A stretch of 64,000 bases of DNA. Origin: Octopus sinensis. Its lineage: Eukaryota. A model generated the notes under the pieces. That model was not told the origin of the DNA. It saw nothing but the letters and a program-made list of their open reading frames with translations, and ran no database searches. The stretch lies in assembly GCF_006345805.1 (NCBI RefSeq), contig NC_043000.1, positions 119,722,001-119,786,000 on the forward strand. Reading direction: 5' to 3'. Below, piece by piece: positions 1-12,012 of this stretch (positions within the stretch are counted from its first letter, which is position 1; every line of letters begins with the position of its first letter). Position numbers and translations under genes: made by a program.

Positions 1-408
1 TACACTTGTTTCGTTACAATATAGGAAATACGTTATGAATATAAATATTATTATTAGTAATAATAACAATATTTTAAATACGATACATTCATAATAGTTA
101 TATACATTGAGAGAGAAGATTTTCTATGACCTAATGCCCTTCCTGTTGCCAACCTCACCTATTTCCAAGCAACGTAATATTTCTCCATTGGCAGACTTGT
201 TTTCACAGAAGACTGGAAATGAATGACATCACTTGTATGAATAGTGATGCTCATTTACAACCATTATGTGTTGCCAAGACAAAGGAACTCCTCCCACCAC
301 AAGCCTAGGATAACTCAAACTCCAAATAAGAACAGATATGGACTGTGACAAGTCATCCAACCCATGCCAGCTTGGAAAATGTTGATAAAAATAAAGACAA
401 GATACTTA

Positions 409-573
409 GGCATAGGAGTGGCTGTGTGGTAAGTAGCTTGCTTACAAACCACATAGTTCCGGCTTCAATCCCACTGCGTAGCACCTTGGGCAAGTGTCTT
501 CTATTATAGCCTCGGGCTGACCAAAGCCTTGTGAGTGGATTTGGTAGATGGAAACTGAAAGAAGCTCGTCGTA

Positions 574-614
<41 letters not shown>

Positions 615-1016
615 TATATATTGTTGTATTTAGGAATGGTCATTTTGCCAGTTTAGCCAATAAAAACACACGCACTATATATTTGGTGTTACTTTGCTTC
701 AGCATTATTTATTTTTTACTTTAATCTTAATCTTATTTCAAAAATCTTGCAAAACAAATATATATATATGTATGTATGTATGTATGTGTGTGTGTGTATA
801 TGTTTGTGTGTCTGTGTTTGTCCCCCCCTCCCCAGCATTGTTTGACAATCAATGCTGGTGTGTTTACGTCCCCGTAACTTAGCGGTTCAGCAAAAGAGAC
901 CGATAAAATAAGTACTAGGCTTAGAAAGAATAAGACCTGGGGGGGGGGGCGATTTGCTCGACTAAAGGCAGTGCTCCAGCATGGCCACAGTCAAATGACT
1001 GAAACAAGTAAAAGAG
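409..1016 (+). mobile_element. tRNA-derived SINE family A, with an insert in the internal (TA)n linker
   Basis: A-box gtggctgtgtggtaag, B-box-like motif, ccttgggcaagtgtcttct body, (TA)/(TG) linker, 3' part ending gactgaaacaagtaaaagag. Many copies in the window. Confidence 0.85.
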
Positions 1017-1984
1017 TATACTGTTGATGACAATTACCGAAACCATAATAGAAGATGAATACCATTTCTGAAGTCATCAGCCTCAATGACTTCAAAGAAC
1101 ACGGCTCTTCCTGACTCTTCAACATTTCCCCCTCAAACATAGCCAGCATGAAAGCCAAATTGTTTGCTTTTCTGAAGTGTCTACTTCTTTCGGTATTTTC
1201 ATTTCTTCATACATCTAACTAATAACACCACCTCTCTAAACACCCTTAAACTCTTGCTCACCTCATAAATTCACTTTTATCCATTTCTCCCATCAACGAC
1301 ATTGCTTAAATGAAGACAGCCAGCGCACATCATCCTATCTCATAGCAACCTTTGCTTCATGAACCTTCAGCTATTTTATGTTAACTAACTGGTTAGATCT
1401 CTCGTCAGTTCTATACATATGACAGCTTCCCTTGACCCATAAATGTAAATCACATTAAAATACTGCTCAGATATTTGTAAAAATGCTTTACCTAACCACA
1501 CACACACATCCAAGACTGCATCTACAAAAAGGCTTTTTACTAAATAATGACTTTTTCAACGTATCTCTGCCACCACTGTCTCCTACGTAAAACTTTTTCT
1601 TCTCTTCTATTTCTTCTACCACAACTACAATAACCTTTTTCTATTCTGATTCTGAATTCACATTTCCCTAATTCTTTAGGACAATACATATTTCTCTGCT
1701 TTGTCTGCTTGTCACTCTTGAAATATATATCAGGCCTGCTTTTCTATCCCTGCTGTTTACATTATACTGTTATTCAACATACATCTCTACCGACTTGCTG
1801 CAACGTATTGACTCTCTTGTGGTGATTTACAACTGTATTTGGCTTTTCTCCAGTTAAGCTGGACTACATCTATACAATTTTATTGGTAGCAGTCTAATGT
1901 TTTTTCCCCCCCTTCAAGATCTCTATTTTAACAGTACATGGACAGAAATACACTACTCCCTTGTATTAGTGAGAGACCATCTAT

Positions 1985-2152
1985 CCTCCTCCTCCTCGTC
2001 CGCCTCTTCGTCCTCGTCATCGTCATCCTCCTCTTCATCCTCGTCATTGTTGTCCTCCTCTTCGTCCTCGTCATCGTCGCCTTCCTCTTCGTCCTCGTCA
2101 TCCTCCTCCTTTTCCCCTCCTCCTCTTCGTCCTCGTCCTCCTCCTCCTCCTA
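1985..2152. repeat. (TCC/TCG)n trinucleotide low-complexity tract
   Basis: Direct reading; explains the poly-Ser ORF. Confidence 0.9.
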
Positions 2153-2604
2153 ATCATCAACGCTTTCACATCCGCTTTTCCATGCTTGACTGGGCGAGAT
2201 GAAATTTGTTGAGGCAGATTTTCTACAGCTGGGGGGGGGGGGCCCTTCTTGTCACCAACTCTCACCTGTTTCGAAGCAAGGTAATATTCCCCCATGGCCA
2301 GAACTCACTGAAAGTTTCTTGAAATTTTTAAAGGATACTTCGAGGATTCTAATTCTGAAAAATGTTATAAACAGCTTCAACCAGGGCAGAGCAGCATTCT
2401 GTTGACTTACTTGCATAATACTTGCACTCCATAAGGAGTAAAGGCCATCAATGATTTTTCTATGTTGTTCTTGATTCAGGGCTGTCTTTACCTGGGGGAA
2501 AGGCCTTCCTCTCCCAGGTCTTGTTGGTTTGAACTGTCATCAATGCTTCTGTAATTTTGTTTTTTTTTTTCTAGTTAGGAGTTTTGTGTTTTTTGCAAAC
2601 TTAT

Positions 2605-2725
2605 TTTTACCTCTGGTCTCAATCCTTTGATCTGCCCAACATGGGGGACCTCACCAGGAGCTTGTGCTCCTCTGGCATTGCCCTCAGGTTTATTGAAGCA
2701 GACAAACAACCACACTGTAACAAGG
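2605..2725 (-). mobile_element. Decayed RTE-type LINE 5'-UTR-like remnant
   Basis: Reverse complement ccttgttacagtgtgg...cctgagggcaatgccagaggagcacaagctcctggtgaggtcccccatgttgggcagatcaaagg resembles the RTE 5' UTR pattern as I recall it. Confidence 0.4.
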
Positions 2726-2822
2726 ACTGGACCCTTCAGTAAACCATGCCAATTTACTGATCCCAAATTAGTGATACTAAATATAAAGACACAATATCAC
2801 ACACATACAAAATAGCAGCATA

Positions 2823-3232
2823 TCAGTGGCCCCTGACTTGGCTTCCGTTCCAGTGGAATGTAAAATGCATCATCCGAATGTGGTCGATGCCAGTGTCCCC
2901 TTGACTGGCTCCTTTGCTAGTGGCACATAAAAAGCACCATCTGAACGTGGCCGATGCCAGGCCCCCTGACTGGCTCCTGTGCCAGTAGCACGTAAAAAGC
3001 ACTATCCGAACATGATCGATGCCAATGCCTCCTGACTGGCTCCTGTGCTGGTGGCACATAAAAATCACTATCCAAACATGATCGATGCCAGGGCTGCCTG
3101 ACAGGCTCTGATGCCAGTGGCATGTAAAAAGCACCATCCGAATGTGGCTGATGCCAGTACCCCCGACTAGCTCCCATGCCTCAGTCAAACCCATACCAGC
3201 CTTGAAAGCGGACATTAAACAATGATGATGAG
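2823..3232 (+). mobile_element. RTE LINE 3'-UTR fragment with about 5 copies of a ~66-bp unit and a (GAT)n tail
   Basis: gatgcca recurs at 2886, 2953, 3018, 3084 and 3150. Tail gcggacattaaacaatgatgatg. The same unit follows an RTE ORF end at 48105-48600. Confidence 0.75.
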
Positions 3233-3241
3233 GAGGAGCAG

Positions 3242-3751
3242 CTAATAAACTGGATATTATCATAAAAGATCAGACAAAAAGGATGTATTTATTAATTGAC
3301 ATGAGTATTCCTTGCGATCACCATATAGTGGGGAAAGAATTTCACAAGATCAGTAAATATAAAGACTTGCTAATAGAAATTGAAAAAACGTGGCATCTCA
3401 AGGAGACTACAGTACCAGTGATTGTTATATCTCTAGGAATGATAAAAAAAGGTACTGAAACCTATTTGAAAATGATACCAAGCTTGCCATCCCTACAGGA
3501 AGTGCAAAAAATTGTTTTAACTGGAACGGCCCAGGTACTGAGAAGAGCATTATCGCTGTGAAAACAACATCCTTTCATGAATTTAGTTATTCATTAATTT
3601 TTTAAATACATATTTTACCTGTGAATTTGCGTGTGTAATCTGGGAATGCATACAATGAACTTCTCTGCCCTAGGTGTACGGAAAACACTCGGAGAGAAAC
3701 GGAAGAAAATTTGAAGAAAGAAGGAAAAATAATAATAATAATAATAATAAT
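3242..3751 (+). mobile_element. R4/Dong-clade LINE 3' end (restriction-like endonuclease C-terminus, 3' UTR, (TAA)n tail)
   Basis: LLIDMSIPCDHHIVGKEFHKISKYKDLLIEIEKTW...VPVIVISLG...QKIVLTGTAQVLRRALSL*, followed by a UTR and (AAT)n. Confidence 0.85.
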
Positions 3752-4319
3752 TATCTAAAAAGAGTGCTCCAGCATGGGGATGTAATGAGGTGATCCCCAT
3801 AGCAAAACTGATCTTTGTGAGTTCACTCTACATTTAACCCTAACCTTCTATCCGATTGTCAATATGTCATCAGGTAGTTGCCCGCAGTTGACCTCACTCT
3901 GCAGATCAGTTAATTGAGCACTGACGAAGAGAAGACAACGAAGATGTTTCTCTAACGAACAGCAATCAGGTTTTGCTGTTTATCATTATGCCATCCTGCT
4001 TTAGAATCGTTGTGTGTGCTAAAACTCTAACACAACAAACCAAAACCATTTAATCTTCTGTTTTTAATTAATTTCCTTAAGACGGCCATTTTCAAATTAA
4101 TTAGGAAAGGAAAAATGTCTTTATTCAGTTAAATTTTGTTTGGTTTGAATGGATTTCAGTCGAGAGAGAGAGAGAGAGAGAGAAGGAAAGGAAAACAACA
4201 ACAACAATAAAGACAAGAATTTGAAAAGAAAAGATTTTCATTGCATGTGTGTAGGTTTGTGAGAGTAATTCTCTGTGTATATGGGCATATGCATGTTTGT
4301 GTGTGTGTATATATGTGTA

Positions 4320-4368
4320 TATATATATATATATGAGGTGTGTGTATATGTATATATAATTGTGTGTG

Positions 4369-4420
<52 letters not shown>

Positions 4421-4630
4421 GGTTTGTGTGCGTATATGTATATATGTGTGTATATATATATATGAATGAGGTTTGTGTGTGTATATATATATATATGAAG
4501 TTTGTGTGTGTATATGTTTATATATATATATGAGGTATGTGTGTGTGTATATATATATATATGAGGTTTGTGTGTGTATATATATGTGTGTATGTATATA
4601 TATATATGAGTTTTGTGTGTGTATATGTAT
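4320..4630. repeat. Higher-order minisatellite built from (TA)n-tgaggtt-(TG)n units
   Basis: About 7 recurrences of atatatgaggtttgtgtgtg variants. Confidence 0.75.
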
Positions 4631-5133
4631 ATATATATGTATGTGTTTGTGTGTGTATATGTTAGAGAAATTGCTTGAGCATATGTATGCATGTGTGTGT
4701 GTATAAACACACACACACACACACTCACACATATCTGTATGTACATATGCGTGCGGATTTTTAGTCTTTCAGGCATAGATTGAGAGAAAGAAAGAAACAG
4801 TGAGTTTATGAAAAAAAAAACAAAGACAAAAAAAAAAACAGAAAAGAAAGAAGAAAACACATTGCTGTAATGTAGTTTTAGTACTTTTCCATCAAGTTTG
4901 TCCAAATTGCAGATTTTATTTTATGTTAAACAGATAAATCAGCAGTTTGGAATAAGAAAAAAAAAAGAAAAATAAAGAAAAACAAAGAACTTCATGGAAA
5001 ACTACTAAAACTACATTACAGTTGTGGTTTTAATACCACGCGCCTCACGGAAGACTTGGTTTGCATGTGTACTAATGCATGTATATACATATGTATGTTT
5101 GCAAATGTATGTACATCTATGTGTGTGTATATG

Positions 5134-5167
<34 letters not shown>

Positions 5168-5207
5168 CATAGATGTACATTTGTAAATATATCATCATCA
5201 TTATTTA

Positions 5208-5252
<45 letters not shown>

Positions 5253-5357
5253 GTGTGTGTGTATGTACGGCTGTACATCAGCATGGCCGCAGCTCTGAGC
5301 TGAAACTTAAAAAACAAAACAAAATAATATGTATGTGTGTATGTGTATGTATGTTAA

Positions 5358-5390
<33 letters not shown>

Positions 5391-5482
5391 GTGTGTGTGT
5401 ATAGATGTACATTTGTAAATATATCATCATCATCATCATTTAGATGTATATATGTGTTTGTGTGTGTATGTACATATATGTG

Positions 5483-5518
<36 letters not shown>

Positions 5519-5522
<4 letters not shown>

Positions 5523-5702
5523 CCAAGAGATTAGAAAAGGACTCTTGGAAATCCTCTACAACAATGGGAAGATGATTTAGTGAAGCAATTTTGGTCAAAA
5601 TTGAAAAGAACGGTGCAATGAAAACAAGTGGAAGCGCACTGTGACTAGCAAGGTATATAACAACATCTGATGGTCTGACTGATTCTGTGATACTGTGATA
5701 TC
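5519..5702 (+). mobile_element. RTE-like LINE extreme 3' end
   Basis: YPRD*KRTLGNPLQQWEDDLVK resembles the RTE C-terminal GRP..RW.D motif. Tail ctgtgatactgtgata. Confidence 0.6.
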
Positions 5703-6051
5703 ATACATACATGATGGAATCTCCTGTGGAAGACAACGTACGAGAGTTCAGCTTTTGCTGAACAACCTACTCAAATGATCTTTTTATTGTGTTCAAATGT
5801 ATATGTTCTACATAAGCGCACTCCCTCCATCAAATCAATGTTTCCTGAGCAGGTGATTGGTGTACACAGTGCATTACCCTGTCCAGGAATTGAAACCGTG
5901 AGCTTCCGATTGTGAGTGCAACATCCTAACCACTTGGTCATGTACCCTCACACACATATACATGAAATAAAAAGTAATGCAATTTTTATTTGCATCATTT
6001 TCTGAAGTGCTCTCATTTATGTGTATGTGTGCCTCTATATGTACATATGAA

Positions 6052-6668
6052 GTGCTGAGCTGGCAGAAATGTTTGCACGCTGGGCAAAATGCTTAGCGGT
6101 ATTTCATTTGTCATTACGTTCTGAGTTCAAATTCCGCCGAGGTCAACTTTGCCTTTCATCCTTTTGGGGTCGATTAAGTAAGTACCAGTTACGCATTGGG
6201 GTTGATATAATCAACATAATCCCATTTGTCAGTCCTTGCTTGTCCCCTCTGTTTTTAGCCCCTTGTGAGTAGTAAAGAAATAGGTATTTCGTCTGTCTTT
6301 ACGTTCTGAGTTCAGATTCCACCAAGGTAGACTTTGCCTTTCATCCTTTCAGGGTCAATAAATTAAGTACCAATTGTGTACTGGGGTTGATCTAATTGAC
6401 TGGTTCTCTACCAAAAAATTTTGGGCCTTGTGTCTAGGGTAGAAAAGATTATTCTATGGTAGCAAGCTAGCCGAAAGGTTAGCATACTGGGCAAAATGCA
6501 TAGCGGTATTTCGTCTGTCTTTTCGTTCTAAGATCAAATTCTGCTGAGGTTAACTTTGCCTTTTATCCTTTTGGGGTCAATAAATTAAGTACCAGTTGCG
6601 TACTGGTGTTTATATAATCGACTGGCCCCCTCCCCCAAAATTTCAAGCCTTGTACATAGAGTAGAAAA
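6052..6668 (+). mobile_element. Tandem array of about 3 Meta-domain-type tRNA SINE units (family B)
   Basis: Repeated gagttcaaattccgccgaggtcaactttgcctttcatccttttggggtcgattaagtaagtaccag. Confidence 0.8.
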
Positions 6669-6733
6669 GTATATATGTACATATATAATCTTATACAAGT
6701 TAACATAAAAAATGGATATAAAATGACTGTGCA

Positions 6734-7346
6734 CAGTAATCCCTTGCCATATTGCAGTTCACCTCTTGCGCACTTGGTACCATGCAGATTTTTCTGGCTA
6801 ATATATGAAAATTTCTTTTGCGGGTTCCTCAGTATATCGTGGTTTCCGAGGCTAATAGGTATTTATATTTTTTTAGATTTTAATTATTTCTGTGGGAGGT
6901 TTTGGAATGTAACACTTGCAACAGTCAAGGGGTTACTGTACAGTAACCCCTCAACTATCGTGGGTGTTATGGTCCAAAACCTCCCATGTAGAGGGAAAGT
7001 AGAATCAGTACTGTACTGTATATATTTTTAAAATAATTTTTATAATTTGTATATATTTATTTTATTATAAATGCAAAAAAACACCACACACTCATCTCCC
7101 GAGTTTCATTTCCCATACAGTATGTGTGATTCTTTGTTTACTCGTCAACAGTATTTTAATTAATGTGTTATACAGTGGAGTACTGTACTGTACTGTATTT
7201 TTATTTATCAATTTATTAATTCTTAGGCATGAAAATGCTTATTTTACTACAGAAAATCTGAAAAATATGTAAATATCTATCTGCTGCAGAAACCTGCGAT
7301 ATATTTAAGAGTCCGCAATATAAAATTACATATGTTAGCCAGAAAA
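6734..7346. mobile_element. Two pogo/Tigger-like non-autonomous DNA elements abutting in inverted orientation at one TA (6939-6940)
   Basis: Termini cagtaatccct...aggggttactg|ta|cagtaacccct. 7290-7346 is the reverse complement of 6790-6846. Confidence 0.7.
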
Positions 7347-7397
7347 GTATGAAAGGCAAAATCAACCACAGTGGGATTTGAACTCAGAACCAGACAG

Positions 7398-7940
7398 TGG
7401 CTCTCATGGTTTCTGATCTTAACTGATTGGAAGTGTTATCATGTACATTATTTTGTCTTAGTATAAAAGATGGGCTACAGCAAATATTCTGCTCAATACC
7501 ACAGATTTGCTTGTCAGTTGTTTGACCATAATCAGTTGACCATGTCCCTTAGTGGCCGACGATATGTGCATCTCTGACCACGAGTAGAAGTAGTGGGGGA
7601 GCATCATAGCCGTGTGTTGAAAGGAAATCTTTGGATAATTCCCCTTAGGAAACATGAGTGGTTCTTTCAACATCCTTAAGTAATCCTTATTCAGGGAGCT
7701 TTTGAGCAGGATGAGCTACTCGACCAGAAGAAAATTCTAACTGGGCCCCTACCTGCGAGGTCATACGCTGTTTCTCTTGATATGAGATCACCATGTCGCG
7801 CACATATGGTTGTGATGCATGTGCCTGGTGTATCCTTATCAGACGGGTAGTCATGTTGGGTATACTGGGGTTCATGTATTTTACCCCAGTGTCACTTCGA
7901 TGGCATGCACTGCTCTCTCACTCAATAATAATAATGATAA
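7398..7940 (+). mobile_element. ~530-bp repeat ending in (TAA)n, probably the 3' UTR of a TAA-targeting LINE
   Basis: Close inverted copy at 24575-25130. Both copies end in TAA microsatellite. Confidence 0.7.
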
Positions 7941-7944
7941 TAAA

Positions 7945-9325
7945 TTTTGTCACAAGAACAGCTTGGGGGAGGAGTTTAAGTTGATTACATCGACCCCAGT
8001 GCGTAACTGGTACTTATTTGAGTCCTGAAAGAATTAAAGGCAAAGTCGACCTCAATGGAATTTGAACTTGGAATGTAACGGCAGACGAAATACCTATTTC
8101 TTTACTACCCACAAGGGGCTAAACACAGAGGGGACAAACAAGGACAGACAAACAGATTAAGTCGATTAGTGCGTAACTGGTACTTATTTAATTGACCCCG
8201 AAAGGATGAAAGGCCAAGTCAACCTTGGTGGAATTTGAACTCAGAACGAAACGGCAGACAAAATGCCGTTAAGCATTTCGCCTTGCATGCTAACAATTCT
8301 GCCAGCTTGCCACCTTAATAACAACAACAACAACAACAATAATAATAATAATAATAATAATAATAATCCTTTCTACTATAGAAACAAGACCTGAAATTTT
8401 TGTGGGTAGGGGACTAGTTGATTACATCGAGCCAGTGTTTCACTGATACTTATTTTATCGATGGATGAAAAGTACAGTCAACCTCAGCGGAAATTGGACT
8501 CAGAATGTAAAGATGAATAAAATACCACTAAGCATTTCACCTGGTGTGCTAACGATTCTGTGGTCTCACCAGCTTAATAATAATGATAATAATAATAATA
8601 ATATTAATAATAATATTAATAATAATAATCCTTTCTACTATGGGGACAAGGCCCGAAATTTTTTGAGGTAGGGGACTAGTTGATTACATCGAACCAGTGT
8701 TTCACTGGTACTTAGTTTAATCGACCCCAAAGGGATGAAAGGTTAGTTGACCTTGGTGGAATTTGAACTCAGAACGTAAAGGCGGATGAAATACTGCTAA
8801 GCATTTCACCCGGCATGCTAACAATTCTGCCAGCTCACCGCCTTAATAATAATAATAATGATAATAATAATAATAATGATAATAATAATAATTCCTTCTA
8901 CTATAGGAACTAGGACTGAAATTTTTTGAGGTAGGGGACTAGTTGATTACATCGACCCCAGTGTGTAACTGGTACCTATTTTATCGACCCCAAAAGGATG
9001 AAAGGTCAGTTGACCTTGGCAGAATTTGAACTCAGAACGTAAAGACAGATGAAATACTGCTAAGCATTTCACCTGACATGCTAACGATTCTTATTTCTTT
9101 ATTGCCCACATGGTGCTAAACATAGAGGGGACAAACAAGGACAGAAAAAGGGATTAAGTCGATTATATCGACTCCAGTGTGTAACTGATACTTAATTTAT
9201 CGACCCCGAAAGGATGAAAGGCAAAGTCGACCTCGACGGAATTTGAACTGAGAACATAATGGCAGACGAAATACTGCTAAGCATTTCAGCCGGCATGCTA
9301 ACGATTCTGCCCACTCGCCACCTTA
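7945..9325 (-). mobile_element. Tandem array of about 6 family B SINE units, several separated by (TAA)n
   Basis: Repeated atcgaccccgaaaggatgaaaggcaaagtcgacctcgacggaatttgaactcagaacg units. Confidence 0.85.
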
Positions 9326-9637
9326 ATAATAATGATAATAATAATAATATAATAATAATAATAATAATGAAAGCAGCAGTGGTGGCACCAGTATGGGTGA
9401 TAATGACACTGATAAAGTATTTGAGAACCATGGCTATTGTCACATTGACAGACATAAGATAAGTCTAAGTAAGAGTTTCTTTGACGAGAACAAAGCAATG
9501 CCTTGAAGTTGGTGTTGGAACTTCTTACAGCTATGGTATTTGTAAACAAAATTGTTTAAATGTTGAGGCTGTTCCTAAAACATACTGAGGTGAAAAAAAA
9601 AGAAAATGTAAAAAAAAATATCAATTTTTTTTTTGAG

Positions 9638-9689
<52 letters not shown>

Positions 9690-10296
9690 ATACAGTGTAA
9701 GGTGTTGAAGTGACATGGAAGTTCTGGGTTCTAGTACTTGTTACACTACATTGTTTTATGACAATATCAATAACAAGGATTTCTTTTGATAGGATGATGA
9801 TGATGTTGATGATTATGATGCAAGGGATAGGGGTTAGTTGCATTGTTGAAAAATGTACTGTTTACATCTAGTTTGGTTACCACCACCACCAGTACCACCA
9901 TTTTTGTCATCATTCATCACCACTCTTACTACTACCACCAAAACAACCACCATTATCATCATCATTCTCACTACCATCACCACCATCATCACTATTCTCA
10001 CTGCCACCACCACCACCACCACCTATCTTCTTTCCACACTGCCATGAATTGGATGGGTTCTCACAGTTCAAGTCAGTTGTTATTTGAAGATGCTGCTCTC
10101 CTTAGATGTTCCAGGGCACCGCATGTCACTCTTATGTTTTATTTTTGCATGGTTTCCACAGCTGAATGGTTTTCCTGCTATCAACAACCTCATACCCTGA
10201 ATTAGGTGCATTTCATCAAGACACCAACACCAGGGAAGTTATAACAGGACTAACTAATACTCTCAGCCATTTAGCTTCTCTGTCTTAGCCTAATTC

Positions 10297-10652
10297 ATCA
10301 TCATCATCATCATTGTTTAACATCTGCTTTCCATGCTGGTATGGGTTGGACAATTTGACTGAGGGCTGGCAAGCCAGAAGGTTGCACCAGGCTCCAATCC
10401 AATCTGGCAAAGTTCCTACAGCTGGATGCCCTTCCTAACACCAACCACTCTGAGAGTGTAGTGGGTGCTTTTTACATGCCACCAACATGAGGGCCAGTCA
10501 GGCAGCACTGATGTTGACCACGCTTGAATGGTACTTTTTAGGTGCCACTAGCATGAGACCAGTCAGCCAGCACTGGGGTCGACCATGCTCGAATGGTTCT
10601 TTTTATGTGGCACTGGCAACGATCTCGCTCAAATGGTGCTTTTTACGTGCCA
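10297..10652 (-). mobile_element. RTE LINE 3'-UTR fragment (other copies near 10890-11130, 12640-12895, 15597-15863, 16935-17205, 23220-23542, 29680-30085, 34690-35090, 57016-57175, 59454-59725, 63010-63310)
   Basis: (CAT)n tail, ttccatgctggtatgggttgga, gctggatgcccttcctaac and the 66-bp units. Confidence 0.8.
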
Positions 10653-11158
10653 AATAATGATTTCTTCATTTATAACTTACACAAGATATTTCCATTAGCT
10701 TTTTGCAACTGTTTTATATATTTTGCATGTACTTTTACTTTTCTCTGATGTGTTAGTTGAGTCATCATTAACATTAATATTATTCTGGTATTCATTTTCA
10801 TATCCTCAAAAGATTTTTGAAAAAAATTAACATAGGTGCAGGAGTGGCTGTGTGGTAAGAAGCTTGCTTATCAACCACATAGTTCTACTTTTATCTGAGA
10901 GTGTAGTGGGTGCTTTTTACGTGCCACCGGCACAAGGGCCAGTCAGGCAGTTCTGGCAACGATCACACTCAAAAGGTGTTTTTATGTACTACCTGCACAG
11001 GAGCCAGTCCAGCAGCACTGGCAATGAATACGCTCGAATGTTGTTTTTCATGCGCCACTGGCACATGTGACGGTAAGGTGACACTGGTAACAATCATGCT
11101 CGAATGGTGCTTTCCACATGTCACCGGCATGGGATCCAATCCGTGGCCTTATATATAT

Positions 11159-11208
<50 letters not shown>

Positions 11209-11881
11209 TTTCTGTTCTAACTTGAAGTATAGTCACATAGTCTTTTTGACTTTGTTGTATTTTAGTAATAATTTGTAGAAGGAATATATTTACACAAGCA
11301 TGTTCTGTTTCATTGACCTTTTATTAACTCCTGATTTCATTGTCATTTTGAAAGCTAATTTCTCCATTCTCTATGAGTTGTACGTTCTGTAATTTGTAAC
11401 AATTATCTCGACTCCCAATAATTATCTTGAATTGAAATTTTATTACTTTTTAAACTGATCTTCTTCATATAATTGTCATTTTATTGTTTAACCTTTTTTT
11501 ATACCTAAATTGTATTAACTCTTCCTTCCACCCTTTTTTTTACCGTCTTCCAAAATGCCTTTTATCCGTTTTTCTCATCCTCCAACTGTTCTATAATTAA
11601 CACTTAGGGTAAATGTACTCAGCTTAGTGGTTAGGGTATTCAGCTCACGACTGTGAGGTTGTGAGTTCAATTTCCAGCAGGGCATTGCATCCTTCAGCAA
11701 CACACTTTATCTCACATTGCTCCAGTCCACTCAGTTGACCAACATGAGTGGTACCTGTAATTCAAAGGGCCAGCCTTTTCACATTCTATGTTACACTGAA
11801 TCTCCCGTAGAACTACATTAACCCATTAATGCTTAGCATCAAGAAAAATGGACGCAGAAAAGAATTACTATTGCTTGTTAA

Positions 11882-12012
11882 CCCTTTCGTTACTGTATTT
11901 ATTTTGAGATGCTCTTTGTTTCTTTCAATTAATTTTAAATATAACAAAGAATTTAGTAAACTAACTTAGTTATCATTAAGCTAGTGATAGAAACATAAAT
12001 TGTGACTAAGGT
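11882..12012 (+). mobile_element. Truncated TTAA MITE, same family as 62321-62542
   Basis: ttaa|ccctttcgttactgtatttattttgagatgc closely matches 62321 onward. Confidence 0.8.

Noticed and set aside
2823-3180. Regularly spaced ~66-bp repeats resembling a CRISPR array
   Set aside because: Whole units are homologous with no unique spacers, there are no cas genes, and the context is a eukaryotic LINE 3' UTR.
4156-4905. 249-aa ORF and similar Y/I/H/T/C/V-rich ORFs (e.g. 30795-31182, 42408-42955, 49294-49635, 60491-60812)
   Set aside because: Translations of (TA)n, (TG)n and (CA)n microsatellites.
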